The notes under the pieces are model-generated. The model made no database searches and was not told the origin of the DNA. It was given only the letters and a program-made list of their open reading frames with translations. From positions 3,490 to 67,489 of the forward strand of contig JAFZDL010000037.1 in NCBI GenBank assembly GCA_017561205.1: 64,000 bases of DNA, written 5' to 3'. This document shows positions 31,777-41,163 of this stretch, in pieces. The stretch's first letter is position 1, and every line of letters starts with the position of its first letter. Position numbers and translations under genes: made by a program. Source of the DNA: Oscillospiraceae bacterium. Lineage in GTDB: Bacteria; Bacillota; Clostridia; Oscillospirales; Oscillospiraceae.

Positions 31777-32319
31777 ATGCGTGTGATTACAGGAAAGGCC
31801 AGGGGTGTCTTGTTAAAAACTCCTGATGGAATGGCCACGCGTCCTACCACCGACCGCGTGAAAGAAGCAATGTTCAGCATTATTCAATTTGATATTCCCG
31901 GCGCCAAGGTTTTGGATTTGTTCGGCGGTTCCGGACAATTGGGCATTGAGGCGCTGAGCAGGGACGCGAAATCCGCTGTTTTTGTTGACGAGCGAGAAGA
32001 TGCTTGCAAGCTGATTCGGGAGAATTTAAAGCGCACAAAGCTGGAAAAGGAAGCCCGTGTCATTCGGTCTGATTACGCAAATTTTTTAAAAAATTGTGCA
32101 GAACAGTATGATATTATATTCCTGGATCCCCCATATGCAGAAGTTTTTTTGGAAAAATCACTAAATTTGATAACAGAAATTGACATTTTGCAATCTGGTG
32201 GTATAATAGTAGCGGAACGCTCTGTCGGAAAGGTGTTGTTATGCGATTTTCCAGGATATTCCCGTTCCAAAGATTATAAATACTCCAGTACAATCCTGAC
32301 AATTTTTCGTAAGGATTGA
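31777..32319 (+). CDS. rsmD: 16S rRNA m2G966 methyltransferase
   Basis: RPTTDRVKEA, LDLFGGSG and DPPY motifs. Confidence 0.95.
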   Translation: MRVITGKARGVLLKTPDGMATRPTTDRVKEAMFSIIQFDIPGAKVLDLFGGSGQLGIEALSRDAKSAVFVDEREDACKLIRENLKRTKLEKEARVIRSDYANFLKNCAEQYDIIFLDPPYAEVFLEKSLNLITEIDILQSGGIIVAERSVGKVLLCDFPGYSRSKDYKYSSTILTIFRKD

Positions 32320-32336
32320 CATCGCAAGGACTTTTT

Positions 32337-32840
32337 ATGAAAGTAGCCATTTATCCGGGAAGTTTTGACCCCATAACCAGCGGACATTTAAATATTATTC
32401 GAAGAGCTGCCAACATATTTGATAAGCTGATTGTCTGTGTAATGGTCAACGGAACGAAATCTCCGTTGTTTTCACAGGAAGAACGTGTGAAGATGATTCG
32501 CGATGTTGTCAGTGATATTCCAAATGTGGAAGTGGATGCGTCCTGCGATCTGCTTGCCGAGTACGCCAGGCAGAAGGGAAGTTGTGTGATTGTAAAAGGT
32601 CTTCGCGCCGGTTCTGACTTTGAAAACGAGTTTAGCATGGCTATCATCAATCATAAAATCAATCCCAATTTGGATACAATGTTCCTAACTGCGGAACATC
32701 AATATATGTATCTTAGCTCCAGTACGGTAAAAGAATTGGCAAATTATGATGTGGATTTGTCTGAGTTTTTGCCGGAGCAAATAATTCCAGTCTTCAAACA
32801 GCGAATAGCTGATGTACGTCAAGGAGGAAAGAAAAAATGA
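32337..32840 (+). CDS. coaD: Phosphopantetheine adenylyltransferase
   Basis: YPGSFDPITSGH, KGLR and SSSTVKE motifs. Confidence 0.95.
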   Translation: MKVAIYPGSFDPITSGHLNIIRRAANIFDKLIVCVMVNGTKSPLFSQEERVKMIRDVVSDIPNVEVDASCDLLAEYARQKGSCVIVKGLRAGSDFENEFSMAIINHKINPNLDTMFLTAEHQYMYLSSSTVKELANYDVDLSEFLPEQIIPVFKQRIADVRQGGKKK

Positions 32841-33340
32841 ACGAGCAGAATATCGAAGATATCATTTCCGCGTTATATGATATGGTGCAGGATGCACGCG
32901 CACTTCCTTTGGGTGCGGATAAGTGCATTCTGGAGCGTGACAAGGTCCTGGATATGCTGGACGAAGTGATTGCCCAGTTGCCTATGGAGCTGAAGCAGGC
33001 CCGTACCATCGTTGAGTCCCGCAACGAACTGATTGGCCAGGCTCGCCGCGAGGCTGAGAATATGATCCGTCAGGCTCAGGAGCAGGCTGATAAGATGATT
33101 GCTGAGGAAGCTATCTATGTTGAGGCTAAGCGTCAGTGCCAGGAGATGGTTGCACAGACCAAGAACCGTTTGGCAGACTTGCGTCGTGCAAGCAACGAAT
33201 ATATGGATGACGCACTTCGCCGTACCGAGGAAGCCGTCGCTATGTCTTTGGAAGATGTCCGCGACACCCGCGCAAAGTTCAAGGCGTTGATCGAGGCGCA
33301 GGAGAAGCGCTCTGAAGCAGCCGGCGAAATCGAAGCATAA
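32837..33340 (+). CDS. Conserved coiled-coil protein downstream of coaD
   Basis: LPMELKQAR...AEEAIY heptads; overlaps the coaD stop. Confidence 0.7.
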   Translation: MNEQNIEDIISALYDMVQDARALPLGADKCILERDKVLDMLDEVIAQLPMELKQARTIVESRNELIGQARREAENMIRQAQEQADKMIAEEAIYVEAKRQCQEMVAQTKNRLADLRRASNEYMDDALRRTEEAVAMSLEDVRDTRAKFKALIEAQEKRSEAAGEIEA

Positions 33341-33345
33341 AAATA

Positions 33346-33381
33346 GAAACAGCTCAAAATGCATTTTTTGAGCTGTTTTTT
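33346..33381 (+). terminator. Intrinsic terminator
   Basis: aaacagctcaaaa...ttttgagctgtttt. Confidence 0.7.
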
Positions 33382-33404
33382 AATAATCTTTCGGAGGTAT
33401 TCTT

Positions 33405-35108
33405 GTGAATTATTTGGAAAACTATGAATTTTGGTGTAATGCTGACTTGCCTGCAGAAGTTAAGCAGGAATTGGCAGCGATAAAGAATAACGACGAGGAA
33501 TTAAAGGGTCGTTTTGGTAGCGATTTGCAATTTGGCACAGCCGGCATGCGTGGTATTATGGGTGCAGGCAGCAACCGTTTAAATAATTATACTGTTCGCA
33601 GAGCAGCGCAGGGCATGGCTGCGTGGCTTGCATCTACCGATTTACCGCAAAAGGCGGCAATCGGCTATGACTCCCGTCATAATTCTAAGGAATTTGCGCA
33701 GGTTTGCGCAGTAGCATTTGCTGAAAAAGGAATTCATACCTGGTTGTACAACCGCTTGGCGCCTACACCGATGCTTTCCTATGCAGTTCGTGAATTGGGA
33801 TGCGGCTGTGGTATTGTGATTTCAGCCAGCCACAACGCAGGTGCTTATAATGGCGTAAAATGCTATGGTCCTGATGGTTGTCAGATGACAGATGCGCCTG
33901 CAGCGATAGTTACAGAAAAAATCTCTCAAATTCCTTACTTTGTTCCTGAAGCCCAATCCTTTAGCGATTATTTGGAAGACGGTATGATCTCCTACATTGA
34001 GCAGAAAGTTTGGGAGAAATACTACAATACAGTTCTTGCAGAATCCATTTCTCCCGAAATAATTAAAAGTGCAAGTCTTAATATCGTGTATACACCTTTG
34101 TGCGGCACAGGCAACGAGCCTGTACGAGAGATCCTAAGTCGTCTTGGTGTAAATATAACTGTGGTTTCCTGTCAAGAAAATCCTGATGGGTATTTCAAGA
34201 CTTGCGAATATCCCAATCCGGAAACCGATGCAGCTTTAGCTGAGAGCTACAAGGTTGCTGACAGCGTTCTCTGCGATGTTATCTTGGGAACCGACCCGGA
34301 CGCCGACCGTGTTGCAATCGCCGTTCCAAACGGAGAGAACGGCTACCAGAAGCTATCCGGCAATGAGTTGGGTTGCCTTCTGATGGATTACATTCTCAAG
34401 GCGCGTTCTGCAAAAAAGGATATTCCTGAGGGCTCAATCGTGGTACGCAGTATTGTCTCTTCTCCCTTGGCTGATCGCATTTGCGAGCATTATGGCGTTG
34501 AAATGCGTGCGGTGCTTACCGGCTTTAAATACATTGGTGGAGAAATCCTGGAGCTGGAACAGAAGGGCGAGGAAAACAAGTTTATCTTCGGCTTTGAGGA
34601 AAGCTGCGGTTATCTGAAAGGCACATATGCTCGTGACAAGGATGCTGTGGTAGCCTCTATGCTTGTTTGTGAATTGGCTGCAGCGCTGAAAATGGAGGGC
34701 AAAACGATCCTGGATGCGTTACGGGATTTATATGCCACCTACGGCTATTATTTAGCCAAGGTACAAAGTGTTGAATTGACCGGTGCTGATGCCATGGAGA
34801 AAGCTGCAAAAATGATGGCTGATCTCCGTTTAAACGCACCCAAAGCAATCGGTGGTGCTGATATCACAGAAATCCGTGACTATGGCAGCGGCGAAGCGAA
34901 AGATCTGCCGACCGGTAAGACCTCGGTTATCAACCTCCCTAAATCCAATGTACTGGAATTCGTGTTGGGCGAAAAGGGAAGTGTTATTGTAAGACCTTCC
35001 GGTACAGAGCCGAAAGTTAAATTCTATTATACTGCTGTTGGCGCAACTGAGGATGCTGCACAGGAACTTCTGACGAAGATGATAGAGCAAATGTCTTTCT
35101 TTTTTTAG
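33405..35108 (+). CDS. Phosphoglucomutase/phosphomannomutase
   Basis: FGTAGMRG, SASHN, DPDADR, GFEESCG and RPSGTEPK motifs. Confidence 0.93.
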   Translation: MNYLENYEFWCNADLPAEVKQELAAIKNNDEELKGRFGSDLQFGTAGMRGIMGAGSNRLNNYTVRRAAQGMAAWLASTDLPQKAAIGYDSRHNSKEFAQVCAVAFAEKGIHTWLYNRLAPTPMLSYAVRELGCGCGIVISASHNAGAYNGVKCYGPDGCQMTDAPAAIVTEKISQIPYFVPEAQSFSDYLEDGMISYIEQKVWEKYYNTVLAESISPEIIKSASLNIVYTPLCGTGNEPVREILSRLGVNITVVSCQENPDGYFKTCEYPNPETDAALAESYKVADSVLCDVILGTDPDADRVAIAVPNGENGYQKLSGNELGCLLMDYILKARSAKKDIPEGSIVVRSIVSSPLADRICEHYGVEMRAVLTGFKYIGGEILELEQKGEENKFIFGFEESCGYLKGTYARDKDAVVASMLVCELAAALKMEGKTILDALRDLYATYGYYLAKVQSVELTGADAMEKAAKMMADLRLNAPKAIGGADITEIRDYGSGEAKDLPTGKTSVINLPKSNVLEFVLGEKGSVIVRPSGTEPKVKFYYTAVGATEDAAQELLTKMIEQMSFFF

Positions 35109-35356
35109 ATTTCTTCTTTTGCCTTTCTCAGCGCATTTGCCAGCTGATCAGGGCAGGAGGTAGGCTTCATACCGCAATGAATACCTTCCAGACGGGAGAT
35201 AACTTCATCAACCTCCATCCCTTCCACCAGTTTGCCAATACCCTGGAGATTGCCGTTGCAACCCCCTAGGAATTCCACATCATACACTTTTCCGTCCTCA
35301 ATACGGAAGAAAATTCTTTGAGAACAAGTTCCTTTTGTTTTACTTTCAAACTGCAT
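35105..35356 (-). CDS. TSCPD-domain protein (TIGR03905-like)
   Basis: GTCS, GGCNGNLQG and CGMKPTSCPDQL motifs. Confidence 0.9.
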   Translation of the reverse strand: MQFESKTKGTCSQRIFFRIEDGKVYDVEFLGGCNGNLQGIGKLVEGMEVDEVISRLEGIHCGMKPTSCPDQLANALRKAKEEI

Positions 35357-35371
35357 ACTATATTCCTTCCT

Positions 35372-35845
35372 TTACGCAATAACATCTGCTATTTCTGCAT
35401 TCACAAGTTCTGCCAGTTCCATAGGATCGAGAATAATTTGATGACCACGCTCTCCGGCAGAAACCGCAATTTCGTCATAAAGCTGGCAGGTTTCTTCAAA
35501 ATAAGTGGGGTATTTCTTTTTCATACCTACGGGGGAACAGCCACCACGAATATAACCGGTTAGTCCCAACAGATCTTTTACCGGAATCAAGGCCATATCC
35601 TTGTCACCGGCGGCCTTGGCTGCTTTCTTTAAGTCCAATTCCGCACAAACAGGGATACAGAACACATTGATTCCTGTTCGGCTGCCTTTTGCGACCAAGG
35701 TTTTGTACACTTGCTCGGGCGCAAAGCCAATGGCCTCTGCTACATGCATACCATTCAGATCGTCGGGGTCAAAATCGTAAAATTCTTCTCTACAGTTGAT
35801 TTTTGCCTGCTGTACCAATCGCACTGCATTCGTTTTTGTAGCCAT
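35372..35845 (-). CDS. ybaK: Cys-tRNA(Pro) deacylase
   Basis: KTNAVRL, VYKTLV, TGYIRGGCSPVG and SAGERG motifs. Confidence 0.92.
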   Translation of the reverse strand: MATKTNAVRLVQQAKINCREEFYDFDPDDLNGMHVAEAIGFAPEQVYKTLVAKGSRTGINVFCIPVCAELDLKKAAKAAGDKDMALIPVKDLLGLTGYIRGGCSPVGMKKKYPTYFEETCQLYDEIAVSAGERGHQIILDPMELAELVNAEIADVIA

Positions 35846-35893
35846 ATTTATCACCGGGGGTTATTATACGATAAAACTTCCAAACTTGCAAGG

Positions 35894-35924
35894 GCGAATT
35901 GTTTTCCTCTTTCCGGTTATCCTA
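35894..35924 (+). promoter_or_regulatory. Possible forespore (SigF/SigG-type) promoter of tepA
   Basis: GCGAAT...GGTTATCCTA resembles the SigF -10 consensus GGnnAnnnTA. Confidence 0.4.
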
Positions 35925-35943
35925 CAATTCGGAGGGATGTAAG

Positions 35944-36630
35944 ATGGAACAGAAAAGTAAGGATACACAGGGAAACCAGGACGAACTTTTAGAGCTGGGC
36001 TCTGATTTAAGCAAGGGCAGCCAAGGCAATATCTACACCTTGACGATCATCGGACAGATCGAAGGCCATCAAGTATTGCCGGAAACTGTAAAAACGACAA
36101 AGTACGAGCATATTCTACCCCTGCTTGCTGGCATTGAAGAAAGCGAAGAGATAGACGGACTTTTGTTGCTGCTGAATACCGTGGGTGGCGATATTGAGGC
36201 TGGTCTTGCCATAGCAGAGATGATTGCCGGCATGAAAAAACCTACGGTGAGTCTTGTTTTGGGCGGCGGACATTCCATTGGTATACCGCTTGCGGTATGT
36301 ACTAAAAAGTCCTTTATTACCCGTACGGCCAGCATGACGGTGCATCCGGTAAGAATGACCGGCCTTGTGGTTGGCGCACCGCAAACTTTCCGGTATTTTC
36401 ATCGGATTCAAGAACAAATCACTGATTTTGTAACATCAAATTCTGCAATTTCAAAAGAGAAATTTGAAGGGTATATGATGGCAACAGGGGAGATGGCAAC
36501 AGATGTTGGTACGATACTTTACGGCAAGGATGCGGTTGCTTCCGGTCTGATTGATTCCCTAGGCGACTTAAATGATGCCTTAACTGAGTTGCATGCAATG
36601 ATTGATGCACAAAATACCGAGAAGAAATAA
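35944..36630 (+). CDS. tepA: ClpP-like protease TepA
   Basis: IGQIEGH, KTTKYEH, LNTVGGD and VLGGGHSIG motifs; upstream of spoIIIE. Confidence 0.88.
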   Translation: MEQKSKDTQGNQDELLELGSDLSKGSQGNIYTLTIIGQIEGHQVLPETVKTTKYEHILPLLAGIEESEEIDGLLLLLNTVGGDIEAGLAIAEMIAGMKKPTVSLVLGGGHSIGIPLAVCTKKSFITRTASMTVHPVRMTGLVVGAPQTFRYFHRIQEQITDFVTSNSAISKEKFEGYMMATGEMATDVGTILYGKDAVASGLIDSLGDLNDALTELHAMIDAQNTEKK

Positions 36631-36702
36631 TTTTAATACTGGAAATTCCGGATTAAATATGTTATTATATACTGAAAAGTATTGGAAGGAGGCAGATGCA
36701 TC

Positions 36703-37533
36703 TTGTCAGTGATTGAAAATATTCTGTATGGATTTATATCCGGATTGACAGAGTTTCTGCCTGTTTCCGGAAGCGGACACCAAGCGTTGCTGCATCATCT
36801 GTTTGGTGTCAATACCAGAGTGTCTTTACAGGACATTCTGGTACATATTGGTATTTTACTTTCTGCCTTTGTTGTTTGTCGCGATAATATTGCACGGCTT
36901 CGTTGGGAACAAGGTACAGCCAGAACTGTCAGACGAGAAAAATCCCGCCGTATGGATACCCAAAGCCTTTATGAACTGCGGCTCTTAAAATCCACCGTTG
37001 TACCAATGCTCTTGGGAACCATTCTCTTTAATCTGATTTTTAAGACAGAAAATAATCTGTCACCCCTTATCTGGTTGTTCATCGTAAACGGTGTAATCTT
37101 GCTGATTGCCGAGCATATGCGCCAGGGTAATCGGGATGCTAAAACCATGACCGGATTCGATGGAATTCTCATTGGTGTTACCACAGCGGCATCTACGCTT
37201 CCCGGCTTGTCCGGAACCGGAATGACTTTGTCCTATACTACAGCAAGAGGCACCGATATTCACAAGGCAACAAACTGGGTGATTTTATTGGTGATTCCCG
37301 CTATGCTGTTTGCTGTATGCTCAGATATATTTTATATTTTCGGCAACGGTTTTGGTACTGTTTCTTTTATAATGATCCTTGGATGCGTTTTAGCAGGTAT
37401 CAGCGCGTTTATTGGCGGTTTTATTGGCATATCTGTTTTGCGCTTGTTGGTCACGAATTCCAGTGTGTTTCAATTTTCGTATTACTCATTTGGTTTAGCT
37501 TTGCTATCCTTTATGCTTTATTTGTTTACTTGA
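36703..37533 (+). CDS. UppP/BacA-family membrane protein with degenerate catalytic motifs
   Basis: GLTEFLPVSGSGH and PGLSGTGMT correspond to the two BacA motifs; TTG start after AGGAGG. Confidence 0.8.
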   Translation: MSVIENILYGFISGLTEFLPVSGSGHQALLHHLFGVNTRVSLQDILVHIGILLSAFVVCRDNIARLRWEQGTARTVRREKSRRMDTQSLYELRLLKSTVVPMLLGTILFNLIFKTENNLSPLIWLFIVNGVILLIAEHMRQGNRDAKTMTGFDGILIGVTTAASTLPGLSGTGMTLSYTTARGTDIHKATNWVILLVIPAMLFAVCSDIFYIFGNGFGTVSFIMILGCVLAGISAFIGGFIGISVLRLLVTNSSVFQFSYYSFGLALLSFMLYLFT

Positions 37534-37545
37534 TGGGAGGTTCTT

Positions 37546-40140
37546 ATGGCTGAAAAGAAAAAGAAGACTATTGCAAGCCGTGCCACCAATTCTGCAAAGA
37601 ATTCTTCTAAAAAGAATACAAATACAACCAAAGAGCAGGATAGCATTGAGCAAAAGATCCCTGCACGTTTGATTAGTTCTTCCGTTTTTTTGGGATTGTT
37701 TATTCTTTTTATTATTGTTTTCTTTAATTCTCAGGGTGTTATTCCCGGAATAATCGAAAAACTTGTGCATGGCCTATTTGGCAGAGCAGGTTTCGTAGTA
37801 TCTATACCTGCACTGTTATACCTGTTCATCATCCATGCATTTAGCAAAGGCCGACCCGTAAAAATGCGGTCTATCTGCATCGGCTGTTTTGTTATTATTC
37901 TTGGATGTATTTCTCACTTGCTTCTTGCAAAAAGTCAATCCGCTAATGTATATATGTCTATCACCGATCTGTATATAGGTGGTATTAACCACACAAGTGG
38001 TGGCTTGATCTGCGGCGGAATTGCAATGCTCATTTACTTATGCTGTCACAACACCTTGAGTTATGTGGTCCTGATTATTGCGGCAATTTTTACATTGCTT
38101 GGCGCCATGCAAATTACTGTTACAAGTATCACTCGCGCTATTAAAAACCGTCCCAGAGCTGAAATTGAGGAAGAGGTTGGGGAGCGTCCGGAACCTGCTA
38201 CAATTGTTGTAAATCATATTGCAAACAAGCGCATCGAGTATCTGGAGCAGAAGCGGGAAAGACGCATTCAAAAAGAGGCTGAAGCTGAAAGGGTAGACCC
38301 GATAAGACCCGCCGGTCCGCGGGATGCCGATGTGGTTGCCGATATGTTCCGGCAAATCGACAGCGATATCGAAACCCCTGTTTCTGCTGCAGGAGAATAT
38401 GTATCTGCACCCGGCGACCCGGAATTCTTCGCCCAGGGTGAACTTGACCCGGTGTCAAAGATGCCTCCGCTCATCAAGAAAGAAACATCCGAGAAGGTAA
38501 CTGTTAAGCGCATAAAGCGGGAAAAGGTTACGCGCAAGGAGGCTGATGAATCAGCCGAAGAAGTCAAAGAGGAAATCTCTGACGGAGAAAAAATGCAGGC
38601 ACCGGCCTATGCGTTTCCCCCAATTGATCTATTGAAGATTTCTGGCGCAGGCGGTGGCGACGGTACTGCCGAAATGCGTGAGAATAGCCGTCGTTTGAGC
38701 GAAACATTGGCCAGTTTTAAGATTGAGGCCCATATTATCAATGTGACTCGCGGCCCCAGTGTTACCCGTTATGAGGTCGAGTTGGAAAAAGGTGTTCGTT
38801 TAAACAAGCTGACCTCTGTTGCCGATGATATTGCCTTGAGTTTGGGTGCTGTTGGTGTGCGTATCGCTGCGATTCCCGGTAAGATTTCTGTTGTAGGTAT
38901 TGAAGTACCCAACCGTGCAGTAACAATGGTCTCTCTGCGGGAGGTTATTGACTCTCAAGAGTTTGATAAAGCTAAGTCTAAGTCCTCGTTTGCCGTTGGC
39001 AAGGATATTGGCGGCAACTGCATTGTGGGCAATATTGCAAAGTTGCCCCATATGCTGATCGCGGGTACTACCGGTTCCGGTAAATCTGTTTGCATGAACT
39101 CAATCATCATTTCTCTGCTGTACAAAGCAAGTCCCGATGATGTGAAGCTGATTATGGTTGACCCCAAGATGGTTGAATTAGGAATCTACAACGGCATTCC
39201 ACACCTGCTTATCCCTGTTGTTACTGACCCCAAGAAGGCCGCTGGCTCCTTGCAGTGGGCTGTGTCTGAAATGATGCGTCGTTATAAGGCTATGTCCGAT
39301 GCCGGTGTTCGTGATTTGGAGTCCTATAACAGCATCGTTGAAAGCCAGGAAACCGAGGCTACTAAGCTGCCCCAGGTTGTTGTCATTATCGACGAGCTGG
39401 CTGACCTTATGCTTGTTGCGGCAAAAGAGGTGGAAGAGTCCATTTGTCGTATTGCACAGATGGGTCGTGCCGCCGGCATTCACTTGATTATTGCCACACA
39501 GCGTCCTTCTGCAGATGTTATTACCGGCCTAATGAAAGCAAATATCCCCTCTAGAATTGCGTTTGCAGTGGCGTCCGCGATGGAATCCCGCATCATTCTG
39601 GATACCCAGGGCGCTGAAAAACTGGTTGGCAAGGGTGATATGCTCTATTCTCCCATTGGCAGCGGCAAACCCAAGCGTGTCCAAGGTTGTTTTGTCAGCG
39701 ATCCCGAGGTGGAAGCTGTTGCGACCTATGTAAAAGAGAACTATGTCACCAACTATGATCAGCAGATTATGGAAGAAATCGAGCGGAAAGCAGTACAGAC
39801 CGGTAATAAGGCTACTGCGTCCGACCCGGAACCCAATGCTGATGAATTGGCCGGTGACGAAATGCTCCCGGCTGCTGTGGATGTGATTTTGGAAACGGGA
39901 CAGGCTTCTGTGTCTATGCTTCAGCGGCGACTAAAGCTTGGTTATGCCCGCGCAGCAAGAATTGTCGATGAAATGGAAGAAAAGGGCATAGTCGGCCCCT
40001 TCCAAGGCAGTAAACCCCGGGAAATTCTCATCACCAAAGAACAATGGGCAACAATGCAAGGCGGATCTGATATGCAAATGGGCTTTGATGATTTGGAGGA
40101 AATGAACGAAACGGAGGAGTTTGAATCCGAGGAATTCTAA
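37546..40140 (+). CDS. spoIIIE: DNA translocase FtsK/SpoIIIE
   Basis: N-terminal TMs, AGTTGSGKS, DPKMVEL, IDELADL and gamma domain SMLQRRLKLGYARAAR. Confidence 0.96.
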   Translation: MAEKKKKTIASRATNSAKNSSKKNTNTTKEQDSIEQKIPARLISSSVFLGLFILFIIVFFNSQGVIPGIIEKLVHGLFGRAGFVVSIPALLYLFIIHAFSKGRPVKMRSICIGCFVIILGCISHLLLAKSQSANVYMSITDLYIGGINHTSGGLICGGIAMLIYLCCHNTLSYVVLIIAAIFTLLGAMQITVTSITRAIKNRPRAEIEEEVGERPEPATIVVNHIANKRIEYLEQKRERRIQKEAEAERVDPIRPAGPRDADVVADMFRQIDSDIETPVSAAGEYVSAPGDPEFFAQGELDPVSKMPPLIKKETSEKVTVKRIKREKVTRKEADESAEEVKEEISDGEKMQAPAYAFPPIDLLKISGAGGGDGTAEMRENSRRLSETLASFKIEAHIINVTRGPSVTRYEVELEKGVRLNKLTSVADDIALSLGAVGVRIAAIPGKISVVGIEVPNRAVTMVSLREVIDSQEFDKAKSKSSFAVGKDIGGNCIVGNIAKLPHMLIAGTTGSGKSVCMNSIIISLLYKASPDDVKLIMVDPKMVELGIYNGIPHLLIPVVTDPKKAAGSLQWAVSEMMRRYKAMSDAGVRDLESYNSIVESQETEATKLPQVVVIIDELADLMLVAAKEVEESICRIAQMGRAAGIHLIIATQRPSADVITGLMKANIPSRIAFAVASAMESRIILDTQGAEKLVGKGDMLYSPIGSGKPKRVQGCFVSDPEVEAVATYVKENYVTNYDQQIMEEIERKAVQTGNKATASDPEPNADELAGDEMLPAAVDVILETGQASVSMLQRRLKLGYARAARIVDEMEEKGIVGPFQGSKPREILITKEQWATMQGGSDMQMGFDDLEEMNETEEFESEEF

Positions 40141-40175
40141 TTGTTTATTCTGAGCATTCGTTCGTTATAAAACCA

Positions 40176-40236
40176 GCTGAGCAATCGGCAAAAATATTTG
40201 CATCGCATCCGGAGCGCCGGAGCGACAGCAAGGAGG
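40176..40236 (+). promoter_or_regulatory. Structured 5' leader (pan-motif-like candidate)
   Basis: GCTGA-GCAA-TCGGC hairpin, then TTGC-A-TCGC-A-TCCGG-AGCG-CCGGA-GCGA-CA-GCAA hairpin abutting the AGGAGG RBS. Confidence 0.45.
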
Positions 40237-40245
40237 AAAATATAA

Positions 40246-40911
40246 ATGAATAGCAAAACAAAAAAGATCGTAGGAATCGGCCTGTTTACAGCAATTGTAT
40301 TGGTACTGCAATTTTTGGGCGGCGGAATCAAGTTTGGAATGTTCTCCATTTCTTTGGTCCTGGTTCCCATTGTAGTTGGTGCTGCTGTTTACGGCTGGCA
40401 GGCCGGTGGCTGGTTAGGCTTTGTGTTTGGTGTGGCTGTGTTGCTTAGCGGTGACGCTGCAGCATTTCTTGCCGTGGATGTTCTCGGAACGATACTTACA
40501 GTATTGGTTAAGGGTACGGCCGCCGGACTTTGCACCGGCCTTGTTTTCAAGGCGATGCTTGGTCTTTTAAACAAGTATTCAAAAAGTCGCGTAGAGTTAA
40601 TGAAAAAGGAATATGGTTTGGGTGAATGCTGTGAAGCTGCTGCTTATGATTATATCTCCAGAAACAACAAGTACACTGCTGTGCTGATTGCAGCAATTGT
40701 TTGTCCTGTTGTGAACACCGGTGTTTTCCTTTTGGGTTGTCAGGTGTTTTTCCTGGAAACCATCGCAGAATGGGGTGCTGCGGCAGGCTTTGCAAATGTG
40801 GCTGGGTATATGTTCCTTGGCTTGGCCGGTACAAACTTTTTGGTTGAACTTGGCACGAATCTATTTCTGAGCCCAGTTATTGTAAGGCTGGTTTCTTTTG
40901 CTAAAAAATAA
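40246..40911 (+). CDS. ECF transporter S component (PanT-like)
   Basis: TAIVLVLQ, SLVLVPIVVGA, GGWLGFVFG, VNTGVF and NFLVE motifs. Confidence 0.8.
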   Translation: MNSKTKKIVGIGLFTAIVLVLQFLGGGIKFGMFSISLVLVPIVVGAAVYGWQAGGWLGFVFGVAVLLSGDAAAFLAVDVLGTILTVLVKGTAAGLCTGLVFKAMLGLLNKYSKSRVELMKKEYGLGECCEAAAYDYISRNNKYTAVLIAAIVCPVVNTGVFLLGCQVFFLETIAEWGAAAGFANVAGYMFLGLAGTNFLVELGTNLFLSPVIVRLVSFAKK

Positions 40912-40917
40912 TTTACA

Positions 40918-40953
40918 TAGGCGGCTGACAGTTTTTGTCAGCCGCCTATTTTT
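40918..40953 (+). terminator. Intrinsic terminator
   Basis: taggcggctgaca-gtttt-tgtcagccgccta followed by a T-tract. Confidence 0.85.
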
Positions 40954-41117
40954 GTCTATGAAACAGTACGCCTTTGTCACCGGAGTCTGTGGCTTCTATA
41001 GCGTGCTTTCAAGATTGTCACATATATGATCTGCACTGTGGAAGAAATCCAATACAGCCGAAGACAGCAGTGTAACATGGGACTGCAATTAGTTTTCCAC
41101 TTTGTGATAGCTTCTTT

Positions 41118-41146
41118 GCATATTCAACGGGTACAAGCATAGGCTT
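41118..41146 (+). promoter_or_regulatory. SigE-type promoter of the spoIIIA operon
   Basis: GCATATT...CATAGGCT matches SigE -35/-10; spoIIIA is a known SigE target. Confidence 0.6.
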
Positions 41147-41163
41147 AACCGGGAGTGATGCAA

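Noticed and set aside
40955-41110. Possible sRNA or small ORF between the ECF terminator and spoIIIAA
   Set aside because: No convincing RBS, structure or terminator
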